Assembly: GCF_006345805.1 (NCBI RefSeq)
Contig: NC_043011.1
Coordinates: forward strand, 11,222,001-11,286,000
Length of the DNA: 64,000 nt
Direction of reading: 5' to 3'
Source of the DNA: Octopus sinensis
Lineage: Eukaryota
The notes beneath the pieces were generated by a model. It was not told the origin of the DNA, made no database searches, and saw only the letters and a list, made by a program, of their open reading frames with translations. The translations under genes and the position numbers were made by a program. Positions 1 through 12,499 of the stretch are shown here, piece by piece; the first letter of the stretch is position 1, and every line of letters starts with the position of its first letter.

Positions 1-72
1 AGGCCAAAAGCTATGACAGCTCTGACGAAGAAGACACCTCTATGAGCAAATTTACTCCAAAATCATCATCAG
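1..72 (+). CDS. TTK: TTK/Mps1-like outer copy, exon E2 (5' part outside window)
   Basis: Identical to 8209-8280; encodes AKSYDSSDEEDTSMSKFTPKSSS; GT donor at 73, phase 1. Confidence 0.7.
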
Positions 73-221
73 GTAACATACAAATACCTTGTCACTTCTT
101 TAGTTTGTTACTTATTTGTTTGATTGTTTAGTAGGTTTGTTGACTGATTGATCAGCTAACAGGGTTGGTCGTTGGTTTCTGCTTTGCTTGATTTGTTGAC
201 TAGTTAATTCATCCATATTAC

Positions 222-609
222 TCTTTTACTTGTTTCAGTCATTTGACTGTGGCCATGCTGGAGCAGCGCCTTTTAGTCGAGCAAATCAACCGCCGGGACT
301 TATTCTTTGTAAGCCTAGTACTTAATCTATCGGTCTCTTTTGCTGAACCGCTAAGTGACAGAGACGTAAACACACCAGCATCAGTTGTCAAGCAATTCTA
401 GGGGGACAAACACAGATACACAAACACACACACACATACATATATACGACGGGGTTCTTTCAGTTTCCGTCTACCAAATCCACTCACAAGGCTTTGGTCG
501 GCCCAAGGCTATAGTAGGAGGCACTTGCCCAAGGTGTCACGCAGTGGGACTGAACCCGGAACCATATGGTTGGTAAGCAAGCACCCTACCACACTGCCAC
601 TCCTGCGCC
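222..609 (-). mobile_element. tRNA-derived SINE with CORE-like domain (octopus OR2-like)
   Basis: On - strand: tRNA-like head, GCACCTTGGGCAAG CORE-like segment, TA/TG microsatellite, (AAAAGAGT)-type tail; many copies in window. Confidence 0.75.
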
Positions 610-774
610 TATTTATTGACTTAATTTAGTTAATTAAATCAATAATGTGGTTAATGTTTTATCTTTTAAGTGTTTTTTTTCTATTTGAGTAAATGCTGTT
701 GAAATCATATAACCCATTTGACTGCATTTTGAATTAAAATGTATTCAATTAAATTTTAAGATAAACGTAGATAG

Positions 775-931
775 GTGTAGGAGTGTTTGTGTGGTAAGTA
801 GCACATGGTCCTGGGTTCAGTCCCACTGCATGGCACCTTGGGCAAGTGTCTTCTACTATAGCCTTGGGCCGCCCAAAGCCTTGTGAGTAGATTTGGTAGA
901 TGGAACCTGAAAGAAGCCCATTGTATATATT

Positions 932-964
<33 letters not shown>

Positions 965-1165
965 TTGCGTTTGTCTCCCCAACATCGCTTGACAACCGAT
1001 GCTGGTGTGTTTACGTCCCCATAACTTAGCGGTTTGGCAAAAGAGACTGATAGAATAAGTACTAGGCTTCGAAAGAATAAGTCCTGGGGTTGATTTGCTC
1101 GACTAAAGGCGGTACTCCAGCATGGCCACAGTCAATGACTGAAACTAGTAAAAAAGTAAGAATAA
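775..1165 (+). mobile_element. tRNA-derived CORE-like SINE
   Basis: Same family as 222-609, opposite orientation. Confidence 0.75.
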
Positions 1166-1262
1166 ACATAAATTTAGATAGCTTTCATAAAACAATTATA
1201 ACTTTCTGTTAATTATTGATTTATTAAAGTAGTGTTTGGAACACAACAAAAGGTTTTTGTAT

Positions 1263-2370
1263 ATTAGATTGGCAACTAAGTTTCTGCCATTTTAAAAAAT
1301 TTAAACTTTTTAAAAAGTTTGATAAAATATAACAACTAATTAATAATGTATTCACCCTTGTTGTTTACAACTTCTTCCCAATGTTCAACAAGATTTTCAA
1401 TACCTTGTTGGTAGAAATCAACCGATTTCGACTCGAAAAATTGATCCAACGAAACTCCGTGTATAGCATTTGAAAGAGATCGAAAGAGGTAGAAATCCGT
1501 TGGTGCCAAATCAGGAGAGTGCAGTGAGTGTGGCAGCACTTCCTAGCCATACGTTTGAATGGCTTCCTTGGTCATATTGGCGATATGAGGGCAGGGGTTG
1601 TTGTGCAGCAGAATAACTCCATGCTGCCAATTAGGTCTTTTCTCTTGAATAACCATGTTGAGTCGTTACATCTGTTGAACACAGAGTTCCACGTTGACCG
1701 TTTGGTTTTGTTCAAGCAATTCGTAATGGATAATCCCTTCCCAGGCCTACGCACAACATTGTTTTACGTGGATGAAGATCTTGTTTCATGCGTGATGTCA
1801 CTTATTTACTGGGGCTAAGCCATTCTTTACACTTCTACATATTGATGTAGAGGCACCATTTTTTGTCGCCAGTAACGATTTGGTAAAGAAATTGTTGCTT
1901 GTATCCATGAGTTGAGTGGTGACGAGCAAGCAAACCAGTGGAGATTGTGGCTCGTTGATTTTTGTTGTTGTCACTTAAAGCATGCAGAACTCATGCTCCA
2001 TACTTCTGAACCTTTCCCATCGAGTGAAGATGCTTCTCTATAGCAGTGTGGGATCATTCCATTTTCTCTGCCAGTTCCCTTGTCGTTTGACAAGAATTTT
2101 TGTGCAAAAGTTGGTTTAATCATTCTTCATCGAACTCAACTGTACAGCCAGAATGAGCTGTCTTTAAGATCAAAATTTCCATTTTTGAACTTGGCATACC
2201 AATCATGACCTGTTCTTTCAGCCATGGTACCCTCTCCTTACACAGCGCAAATGTCGTGAGCAGCTTTTGAGGCCTTAGAACCTTGATTAAAAGCAAAAAG
2301 GAGGAGGAGTCGAAAATGCTCATTTTTCTTAACTTGACATTCCATTTTAATGAACAGAAAATAAACAAAA
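1263..2370 (-). mobile_element. Decayed, internally deleted mariner transposon
   Basis: ORF 1336-1539 has HSPDLAPTDFYLFRSL (mariner YSPDLAP motif) and the C-terminal GIENLVEHWEEVVNNKGEYI; N-terminal remnant near 2120-2368. Confidence 0.8.
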
Positions 2371-3078
2371 TTAACTAAAATTAACTAGAAAAAAAACAAA
2401 ATAGATTCCAAAATGATTCAAAAATAGAATTCTCGAAAAAAAATAGATTCAAAGAGGACCAGTGATGGTGTGTCGATGCTGTGAGAGAAAGATGTCACAG
2501 AACAATCTTGTCAAAAGACTATCACTGTGACATCTGAGGGCACCTGTATGCCTCCAGTTTTGGACTGTTGAGTCACATGCACTCTCATCACTAAGAATAC
2601 AAACTTTGTTGTCATCAGACATCACTGGACTACCTACCACCATTCATTCTTTGTACTGAAAGTGCCTTTGAAAACTTCTCCAATGTCATAATTTAATTTG
2701 CATAATTTGTACGTTATTTTTATTTAAAAACCTTATAAGTTTTAAAGTCTTGGTAGTTGTAAGTGGAAATACTTTTTGGGGGACGTATAATAATGCTGAA
2801 ACATTCCTGGAGTTGTCACTATAGCTACCAAAGATCAGACTACGCTTACCTGCATGTTTCCATTAATTGTCAGTCAAGTGAAGTTTTGGAAGTTCTTGCA
2901 TCTGCTCTTTATGAGGGAAATTTCCAGAAAAGCTAATGACTTTTTATTTGTATTACAGTTATAATTGATTAAAATTATTTTCTGCTCATCACTTAGTGTA
3001 TGGTAACTTGCACTCAACTAGTCGAGATTTAAAAACTTTACTTTATAAATATTAAATGAGAAAGCATATTGTCAAACA

Positions 3079-3310
3079 TCATCATCATCATTTTCCTCCA
3101 CTTTCCATGCTAGCATGGGTTGGACCGTTCAACTGGGGTCTTTGAAGCCAGAAGGCTGAATAAGGCCCAGTCTGATCTGGCATTGTTTCTACGGCTGGAT
3201 GCTCTTCCTAATGCCAACCACTCCGTGAGTGTAGTGGGTGCTTTTTACGTGCCAGACGGAGCTGGCAATCGGCCACGGACGGATGGTGCTTTTTAGGTGC
3301 CACCGGGACG
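3079..3310 (-). mobile_element. 5'-truncated copy of the RTE LINE 3'UTR with (GAT)n tail
   Basis: Homologous to 60240-60479. Confidence 0.75.
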
Positions 3311-3520
3311 AATAATAAAAAAAAAAAATTGAAAAACAGCCAGGTGGAAATTGAATGACTAAGTGTCAACTGAAATGATCATTGTGCTACTAGCCCTGCT
3401 GTTTCTTTTTCGAGCAAATTATGAATTCTAAAATTAAATTGGTTTTTGTAGTCCTTGTTTGTTCTTTTGCATCTTCTTTTCTATGCACATTTAAATGAAA
3501 TATTTTCCTATTGTCTCAAG

Positions 3521-4756
3521 TTTTTGCTGGAAAACGCATACAGACTCAAAGGCTAACTGGTACTATTCTTGAAGAAGATGTTAAAGTAACTGAAGGTTGT
3601 GACTCTAACTTGGAGAAAACTGAGGCTAAATTGTCTGAATCATCTGAGGATAGCATTTCTGTATTTTCGCCAAAATTTGACCTTTTGCTATCATGCCATA
3701 ATCAAGAGAAACCAGAGTCCAATTTAACTGATATTAAAAGGACCAAGTCTTGTGACAATTCACACTTGGTTGACAGAAACTTGTTCCTTAAAACAGCCAA
3801 GAAAGAATCGGCTGTTGCTAAATATGTTGATAATGATGATGATGAATTTATTGTTCCAGATAGCAGTGCTATCACAGGGGTTGAAAAACCAAAGAGCATA
3901 AACTCTCATCAAAACAAAACACATCTGCAAACCCCAAAGACAATATTATCTGACTCGCTTTTACCTTGTGGCCAAGCAAATATTTCTACTGCTTCACTGG
4001 GTCAGCCTAGTATTGGTTGTACACTGGATAATACAATTGAAACGATAAGCCCTCACCAATGTGATATACCCGTAAGTGAATCTCTGAAACATTGCTCTAC
4101 CAATAATGAACAGCCAGAAAGAGATACTAGTCTAACAGAAATTAATAATCGCTTCAACATTTTAGATACTTTCTCAGTTCTTAGCCAGAAGAAAAAAGCA
4201 AATTATTGTCATTAAGACGAAACGAGTCTGTACAGGAATTCCTTCATTCCAATAGTGACTGTTCCAAGTTTGTTGCTTGTAGTAATGACTCTTGTAATGC
4301 AGCAGAGTATGGCAAGATAACATCATCAGAGTTAAAATACAAACCCGTCTTGAATGCCGATGATAAGAACAAAAATGGTAATCCAGTTCAGTATAACCAC
4401 TGTTTATCAAAAGATGTGCTGGAACATCTGCCCAAAGATCAATTGATATCTTGTCAAAGTACGATTGCAGGCATACCAGACCAATACCAAAGCTCACCAC
4501 AAAGTAGTAAACACAAACTAGTCCAGGAATGCTTTCAAAGCCAAATGCCACTTGAACATTCTACGCTTGACAACCCACTTCCAGTCCAGCGCCAATTAGA
4601 TTTCCTCAAAGATACTCCAAAATTATCTGAAAAGAGTCCTCAACAATTGACTGAAAATTCACAGTTGAAGGAAATGAATACACGGACCCCAAAAGACGCT
4701 AATCCTGAAGATTCAAGACCTGTAAAAGAAGGATGTTTATCAAGGGAAGAGAACAT
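3521..4756 (+). pseudogene. TTK: TTK-like outer copy exon E3, large Ser/Thr-rich low-complexity exon with a 1-nt frameshift at about 4203
   Basis: CAG acceptor and GTAAGT donor; near-identical to 8974-10192 except +18 nt in frame and -1 T (stop at 4213-4215). Confidence 0.7.
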
Positions 4757-5569
4757 GTAAGTCTTTGCAAATTTAATTCTTAAACATATTTTCCTTTGGA
4801 GAGAGGGTAGTTTCATGACCTTGGTAGGCATTTCCACACTGGAGAGTTTGATAAAATTGATATTCAGTTGAAATACTGTAGATTGATGCTTGTAGGAAAT
4901 TGCAAGAATAAATTCAGAGGGTTGCAGTGTATAGGAAAATGGCTTGGTAAATTGCAGGATCTGGGAAATAAAATAGAGTAGGATGTATTTTCGATGAGTG
5001 AATCAAATAGGAGAAATCTGCAAATTCAGAGACCATTGTACAAGAGGCTGTAAGAAAAAGAGTTAGTGGTTATAATCTGTTCGTCTTTGCTTGTCAGCAC
5101 TGAATAATCTTTGCTTGTCTTGGATGTTTGTGTGTGGTTCATAGTTGACTTTTGTGTAGGATCAGCTGCTATTCATTATGTTCTGACCCTGAACCAGTAG
5201 TCTAGCTTTTTTGGTACTATTTTAACAATGATATATATATATGTCACAATGATAAATCATCTAAGATTCTTAATATACTCTTCGAGTGGTGGAGGGACAG
5301 GGATGAAGACTAGGTTGTCATGTCTTCATTGAAAGATGTTTCAACTACCAGTTCTTGAAAGTTAAGTACAAATCCCATTACTGGTTAAATTTTTTTAAAA
5401 AGGGTCAGTTTGGTTTGACTTGGTTTATTTTGGCGGAAGGGGCCATATTTCTGGAGCAGATGTTATTCTTATAAGAATGAGGAATGTAATAGATTGGCAT
5501 CCTCTCCATTTAATGAATTTGAAAAATCAGCATTTATCCATACTGGGACCAGCACTTTCAATTTTATAG

Positions 5570-5841
5570 GGATCTTTTCGGTTTGAACGGCAGTTTTTAA
5601 CATAATTTCTAGGTAACTAAACACTTTTAAACTTCGTATACTGGTGGAATGTGTTTATAAAACATCTTTTTCTCTTGGCTTTATTGAGAAAATTCTATAG
5701 TTTGTAAGATATTTGTTGTTTTTTTTTCTTCAATTTCTGCAACTTCAACCAATCACTGACGTCTATTGAGGTAAAAAAAAACATTCTGTGCCGTATGAAT
5801 ATGTCCCTTGTTTAAGAAACAGATTGGGTTTATTTACATTT
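5570..5841 (+). mobile_element. Left half of hAT-like MITE
   Basis: TIR GGATCTTTTCGGTTTGAACGGCAGTTTTT preceded by TTTTATAG (5562-5569); right TIR absent here. Confidence 0.8.
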
Positions 5842-6178
5842 TATTTACGTGCCACCGGCACGGAGGGTCGGCGCGAGCAACGGCCACATTTGGATGGTTC
5901 GCTTATGTGCCACCAGCACTGGTATCACAGCTACAATTTCCATTGATGTTGATCGATTTTGATTTTGATTCTCATAATTACTCTAATAATGTTAAATATT
6001 TAAATGTTAAATATTTAATATAAATTTAAATGAGTTATATTAAAGAAAGACTAGTCACTATTTGTTTTGAGTAAGGTAAAATTTAATGTATCTTGTATTT
6101 CTTTTCATGTATCTTGTTTTGCATGCATGTGGCTATACTTGATTAATGAGTTTCTGTTTTGTTATTGTGATATTTTAG

Positions 6179-6574
6179 GACTGTCTTAAGTGAATCTAAA
6201 CCAAGACAGCTAGCAAAACCTGAAATACCTGTGAAGAAAGACTCGGATACTTCACCTGAAGAATTTATTTGTGGTAGCATTTTGGCACTTTCAGAAAAGT
6301 GGGGCTGCCTGAATCAGCAGGGCCCATTTGCAAGGCGCTTCTCACACATCTCTGATAGACGTGTGTCTAATGTACATACTCCTTTAGATAAATGTTTATC
6401 TAGTACTCAGGGTTCCACAGATCCAAGTTTTCATTCTGTAAATGATCGTCGTTTCTCTACTCAGTTTACTACTCTTGGTTCCTCCCATCTGGGTTCTTAT
6501 AACACACCAGTCTGCCATAAGTCATCATTGTCTGCAGGAAGCTATGAAAATGGCTCTTCTTCAAAGTTCCTCAG
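6179..6574 (+). CDS. TTK: TTK-like inner copy exon E1 (396 nt, phase 2-2)
   Basis: TTTTAG acceptor, GT donor, open frame TVLSESKPRQLAKPEIPVKKDSDTSPEEF...SSKFL; assigned by position and frame, not by homology. Confidence 0.6.
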
Positions 6575-7253
6575 GTTTGTAGTTCCAATCCCTTTTAACC
6601 GTCATTATTTTTGCAATTATTTTTTCTGTGCTAACATGATTTGGACAGGACTTCTTGAGTGGTGCTTTACAACAGATATCCTTTCTATTGCCAGTTCTTG
6701 TGTCTTACAAAATAAAACACAGAAAGAAAAAACAACTTAACTGTTTTATAGGTAAAACTTAACTCACTGATATTCCTCAAATGCTTGCCCATTATTGAGT
6801 ATTGTTTCTTGTACTGATACAATGAAGTTACCAATTTTAAAGTAGCTGACTATATCACTTTCACCATTGTTGCATTTTTTACCTTATCCCCTCCACCTAA
6901 ATGCTAACTGTGCTATATCCACCAGGATCATTTTGGTTAATCCTATTATGTTGAAACTGAATTTCTGAAACTTCATCTCTAATTGTAATTTCCCCACCTA
7001 CCAATAACTTCAAAGGTTTAAAACTGAAAATTAACCATATGAAATTAATCCAGCTGTCTCTGACTCCTAATGAAGAAGGGTTTGAAAAGTTTATGGTTGA
7101 TAGCCATCCTTTTGCAACCATGTAATAATAAAGATAAATGAGAGAAATTTGCGAGCATCCTGTCTTGTGAAATTGTCTTTTTCTCTGATTGGTAACATAG
7201 TACACTAATGATCAACTGTGACTTTGACTTGGAATTGCTCTACTCATCATTAA

Positions 7254-7457
7254 CCCTTTTGATACCAACCTGGCCAAAACTGTAGGACAAATATCTTGTT
7301 TTCAAAAGTATTGAATTAAAATCTTCCACCAAACCTCAGTCACAATTTATGTTCCAAACACTAGCTTAATGATAACTAAGTTATTTTACTAAATTCTTTG
7401 TTATATTTAAAATTAATTGAATGAAACACAGAGCATCTCAAAATAAATACGATAACA
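7254..7457 (+). mobile_element. piggyBac-type MITE, partial
   Basis: TTAA|CCCTTTT start; similar to 54153-54373. Confidence 0.55.
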
Positions 7458-8173
7458 GTGAATGGTACATTGAGGCATTCAAAAGGCTTGGAGATACCAT
7501 TTGGAGGAATAGACTGAATAAGAACCTGAAAATTATTCATGTTCACCATAACAATGGGGTAACAAGAGATGATGAATTATTATTATACGCTAATATATTG
7601 TGGCTGATGTCTTCATTTTAGTTGTTAGAATCACATTTCAGCTGTTGTGTCTTTTGGTCGTTATCAGGTACATGTTATGTGTCATAGCATACTTGTAATT
7701 TTGAACTGAACCCTTTTTTGAATCTACTGGAGTAAATTGTAGTCATTCTGTTGATCAGAATGAAGATATTCTCGTATTAGTTATTCTCCTACTTGTGATG
7801 CTGCTTGCTTTTCTTGTTTCAGCCTCCCTCCTCAGTAAATTACAATACTGTTACTCAAGATTAATCAACATTTGTGTTCACTATCTCGTTGTAACATTAA
7901 GTAATTAGGTTCAAGTTGAACGAGCAAGTGATGTCATAAGTAAAAGAATAACTTATATGAGAATATTCTAAGTATGAACAACAGAGTCAAAAATACCTGT
8001 CCTGGGTTTGATTGGAAATTCGAGACCTTGCAAAAGGCTGTTGAGTGCCCTGGCTAAAACTTTGTGATTCTAACAACCAAGATGAGGACTCTTGCCCTAA
8101 TATTATCAGAAAAGAATGATGTAAGAAATGCCGAAGCAGATAGTGAAACACTTTCAACTTTATTCTGTTATAG

Positions 8174-8280
8174 GATTAAGAAAATGCCACAGAGGGTGAC
8201 CGTCGATGAGGCCAAAAGCTATGACAGCTCTGACGAAGAAGACACCTCTATGAGCAAATTTACTCCAAAATCATCATCAG
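8174..8280 (+). CDS. TTK: TTK-like inner copy exon E2
   Basis: Polypyrimidine-TAG acceptor (phase 2), in-frame ATG at 8184, GT donor (phase 1) in frame with E3. Confidence 0.7.
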
Positions 8281-8973
8281 GTAACATACAAATACCTTGT
8301 CACTTCTTTAGTTTGTTACTTATTTGTTTGATTGTTTAGTAGGTTTGTTGACTGATTGATCAGCTAATAGGGTTGGTCGTTGGTTTCTGCTTTGCTTGAT
8401 TTGTTGACTGGTTAATTCATCCATTTTACTCTTTTACTTGTTTCAGTCATTTGACTGTGGCCATGCTGGAGCAGCGCCTTTTAGTCGAGCAAATCAACCG
8501 CCGGGACTTATTCTTTGTAAGCCTAGAACTTAATCTATCGGTCTCTTTTGCCGAATTGCTAAGTGACAGGGACGTAAACACCCCCAGCATCGGTTGTCAA
8601 GCAATGCTAGGGGGACAAACACAGATACACAAACATACACACACATACATATATACGACGGACTTCTTTCAGTTTCCGTCTACCAAATCCACTCACAAGG
8701 CTTTGGTTGGCCTGAGGCTATAGTAGAAGACACTTGCCCAAGGTGCCACGCAGTGGGACTGAATAATAAAAAAAAAAAAAATTGAAAAACAGCCAGGTGG
8801 AAATTGAATGACTAAGTGTCAACTGAAATGATCATTGTGCTACTAGCCCTGCTGTTTCTTTTTCGAGCAAATTATGAATTCTAAAATTAAATTGGTTTTT
8901 GTAGTCCTTGTTTGTTCTTTTGCATCTTCTTTTCTATGCACATTTAAATGAAATATTTTCCTATTGTCTCAAG

Positions 8974-10192
8974 TTTTTGCTGGAAAACGCATACAGACTC
9001 AAAGGCTAACTGGTACTATTCTTGAAGAAGGTTGTGACTCTAACTTGGAGAAAACTGAGGCTAAATTGTCTGAATCATCTGAGGATAGCATTTCTGTTAT
9101 TTCGCCAAAATTTGACCTTTTGCTATCATGCCATAATCAAGAGAAACCAGATTCCAATTTAACTGATATTAAAAGGACCAAGTCTTGTGACAATTCACAC
9201 TTGGTTGACAGAAACTTGTTCCTTAAAACAGCCAAGAAAGAATCGGCTGTTGCTAAATATGTTGATAATGATGATGATGAATTTATTGTTCCAGATAGCA
9301 GTGCTATCACAGGGGTTGAAAAACCAAAGAGCATAAACTCTCATCAAAACAAAACACATCTGCAAACCCCAAAGACAATATTATCTGACTCGCTTTTACC
9401 TTGTGGCCAAGCAAATATTTCTACTGCTTCACTGGGTCAGCCTAGTATTGGTTGTACACTGGATAATACAATTGAAACGATAAGCCCTCACCAATGTGAT
9501 ATACCCGTAAGTGAATCTCTGAAACATTGCTCTACCAATAATGAACAGCCAGAAGGAGATACTAGTCTAACAGAAATTAATAATCGCTTCAACATTTTAG
9601 ATACTTTCTCAGTTCTTAGCCAGAAGAAAAAAGCAAATTTATTGTCATTAAGACGAAACGAGTCTGTACAGGAATTCCTTCATTCCAATAGTGACTGTTC
9701 CAAGTTTGTTGCTTGTAGTAATGACTCTTGTAATGCAGCAGAGTATGGCAAGATAACATCATCAGAGTTAAAATACAAACCCGTCTTGAATGCCGATGAT
9801 AAGAACAAAAATGGTAATCCAGTTCAGTATAACCACTGTTTATCAAAAGATGTGCTGGAACATCTGCCCAAAGATCAATTGATATCTTGTCAAAGTACGA
9901 TTGCAGGCATACCAGACCAATACCAAAGCTCACCACAAAGTAGTAAACACAAACTAGTCCAGGAATGCTTTCAAAGCCAAATGCCACTTGAACATTCTAC
10001 GCTTGACAACCCACTTCCAGTCCAGCGCCAATTAGATTTCCTCAAAGATACTCCAAAATTATCTGAAAAGAGTCCTCAACAATTGACTGAAAATTCACAG
10101 TTGAAGGAAATGAATACACGGACCCCAAAAGACGCTAATCCTGAAGATTCAAGACCTGTAAAAGAAGGATGTTTATCAAGGGAAGAGAACAT
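8974..10192 (+). CDS. TTK: TTK-like inner copy exon E3 (intact)
   Basis: Inside the 410-aa ORF 8964-10196; CAG acceptor, GTAAGT donor, phase 1 to 2. Confidence 0.75.
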
Positions 10193-10490
10193 GTAAGTCT
10201 TTGCAAATTTAAATTGCAGGATCTGGGAAATAAAATAGAGTAGGATGTATTTTCAGAGACCATTGTACAAGAGGCTGTAAGAAAAAAAGTTAGTGGTTAT
10301 AATCTGTTCGTCTTTGCTTGTCTTGGATGTTTGTGTGTGGTTCACAGTTGACTTTTGTGTAGGATCAGCTGCTATTCATAATGTTCTGACCCTGAACCAG
10401 TAGTCTAGCTTTTTTGGTACTATTTTAACAATGATATATATATGTCAAGTGATATATATATGTCATATATATGTGACATATATATATGTC

Positions 10491-10685
10491 GGCGGCACGT
10501 AAAAAGCACCGACTACACTCACGGAGTGGTTGGCATTAGGAAGGGCATCCAGCTGTAGAAACACTGCCAGATCAGACTGGGCCTGGTGCAGCCTTCAGGC
10601 TTCCCAGACCCCAGTTGAACCGTCCAACCCATGCTAGCATGGAAAGCGGACGTTAAACAACGATGACGATAATGATGATGATGAT
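10491..10685 (+). mobile_element. RTE 3'UTR-derived repeat with (GAT)n tail
   Basis: Homologous to 60290-60479; paralogous to 46005-46175. Confidence 0.75.
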
Positions 10686-10783
10686 TTAAAAATCGCACTG
10701 TTATGTAGCAGATTGTAGCTTTTATTTATTGATGACTTATTTGGAGGAGCTTGTTTCTTTTATTGTGTTGTTATGTCTTTCAG

Positions 10784-10865
10784 TCCTGCTAGTATCGATG
10801 CAGTCATCACTCCGCAGGTAAAGGATACTGCTCCCTCTGCAACGAATCTTGTACAGTTAGAGAAG
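10784..10865 (+). CDS. TTK: TTK-like inner copy exon E4
   Basis: TTTCAG/GTAGGT, 82 nt, phase 2 to 0; identical copy at 46272-46353. Confidence 0.7.
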
Positions 10866-10978
10866 GTAGGTACTTTGGTTTTGTTATCAGCCACACCTCC
10901 TCTGGCATTCTGTGTGTTTGTAATCTGTGATATATCCATCCACTTGATATAGTAACATAACCTATTTTAATATTTCAG

Positions 10979-11053
10979 AAACTACGTTCTTTAATGGTCA
11001 ACAATAAAGTGTACACAGTTGTAAAGAAGGTTGGCAAAGGTGGAAGCAGTACA
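10979..11053 (+). CDS. TTK: TTK inner copy exon E5, kinase subdomain I
   Basis: KLRSLMVNNKVYTVVKKVGKGGSST matches the Mps1 GxGGSS loop; GTAAGT donor. Confidence 0.9.
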
Positions 11054-11223
11054 GTAAGTACTTATTTATTTTATCTATGTGTGCTCAGGTGTGGCTTTAT
11101 GGTTAAGAAGCTTGTTTCCTAACTGTGTGGTCTGAGGCTTAGCCTCATTGTACAGCACTTTATACAAGTGTCTTATAATATAGTGTGTGCATGTGCTCTT
11201 CTCTTCGCATCATATGATGATTG

Positions 11224-11370
11224 GGATCTTTCCGGTTTGAATGGCAGTTTTTTAACATAATTTCCAGGTAACTAAAAAATTTTAAACTTCGTATACTGGT
11301 AGAATGTGTTTATAAAACATCTTTTTCTCTTGGCTTTATTGAGAAAATGTTATAGTTTGTAAGATATTTC
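11224..11370 (+). mobile_element. Truncated hAT-like MITE, paralogue of 46712-47127
   Basis: Same left TIR and same GATGATTG flank. Confidence 0.75.
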
Positions 11371-11865
11371 CTGTCATCAACCGATGCTGGTGTGTTTACG
11401 TCCCTGTCACTTAGTTGTTCGGCAAAAGAGACCGATAGAATAAGTACTAGGCTTACACAGAATAAGTCCTGGGGTCGATTTGCTCGACTAAAGGCAGTGC
11501 TTCAGCATGGCCACAATCAAATGACTGAAACAAATAAAAGAGTAAAGAGTATATGTCTGGTCCATCTGAGTATTCGCTTTTTATCTACTGTAATTACAAT
11601 AACCCTTACTTTTCTGAACCTGCTAAAAGTGCTGACAGTTTGCAAGTTATAAGAATAAGTCACATACTAAACAATATGGATTTTATTCCTACATTCCAGA
11701 GTTAAATTTACTCTGAAACTTTCTCAACTTAAAATTGATAATCAGGGCCTTGTTGATGAAATCATAAAAGAAAACATTTTTTTTGTCGGAATTTAAAAGG
11801 AGAAAAGTCAACTGAATTTATATCAGTTTTTGTAATATTCATCTTATCCATCTCAACCCCCACAG

Positions 11866-12020
11866 GTGTATGAAGTATTTGACCAGAGTGGAAATAGAAT
11901 GGCAGTTAAGTGCATTACTTTTGGTGACGCTCACGCAGTTACCATAGGGAGCTACAAAAAGGAGGTGATCCTTCTGAAGCAGTTGCAGTACAGTGACCGA
12001 ATCATCAAACTCTATGATTA
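11866..12020 (+). CDS. TTK: TTK inner copy exon E6, subdomains II-IV
   Basis: VYEVFDQSGNRMAVKCITFGDAHAVTIGSYKKEVILLKQLQYSDRIIKLYD matches Mps1 (SY..E..L..L..SD.II.LYD). Confidence 0.9.
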
Positions 12021-12093
12021 GTAAGTGATATATTCTACCGCTGCTGTGTCTTGATTGCGTAGTACATTGATATAAATGATATAACACACAAAG

Positions 12094-12325
12094 ACGGCAA
12101 GCTGGCAGAAATGTTAGCACGCCGGGCGAAATGCTTGGCAGCATTTCGTCTGCAGTTACGTTCTGAGTTCAAATTCCGCCGAGGTCGATTTTGCCTTTCA
12201 TCCTTTCGGGGTCGATAAATTAAGTACCAGTTACGCACTGGGGTCGATGTAATCGACTTAATCCGTTTGTCTGTCCTTGTTTGTCCCCTCTATGTTTAGC
12301 CCCTTGTGTGGGTAATAAAGAAACA
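12094..12325 (+). mobile_element. tRNA-derived SINE with Nin-like domain (octopus OR1-like)
   Basis: GGCAAGCTGGCAGAA head, GAGTTCAAATTCC B-box, GCCTTTCATCCTTTCGGGGTCGATAAATTAAGTACCAG; also at 49431-49665 (+) and 51345-51570 (-). Confidence 0.7.
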
Positions 12326-12499
12326 TATATTGTTGAGTGATATATTAAATCTATAGATACTATATTAATTATATAGTTAGTTTATATAATGGGTGTGTGT
12401 ATATTTGAACCATTTCATATTTTTGATTCTAGTATTTATGGCTTGTACTAGCATTGTGTATATTAATTAACATTAAGGTTTTTAGTATTAATTGCTTAA

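Noticed and set aside
6897-7205. 102-aa minus-strand ORF
   Set aside because: No recognisable motif; intronic.
7810-7845. Minus-strand CTGAGGA...GAAAC motif
   Set aside because: No stem III or UH site; a chance match.
6179-10784. First reading: 6179-6574 is exon 3 of the outer copy and is deleted from the inner copy
   Set aside because: The shared MITE TSD shows the ancestral E3-E4 intron continues at 44613 without this exon. It is better placed upstream of E2 as part of the inner copy.
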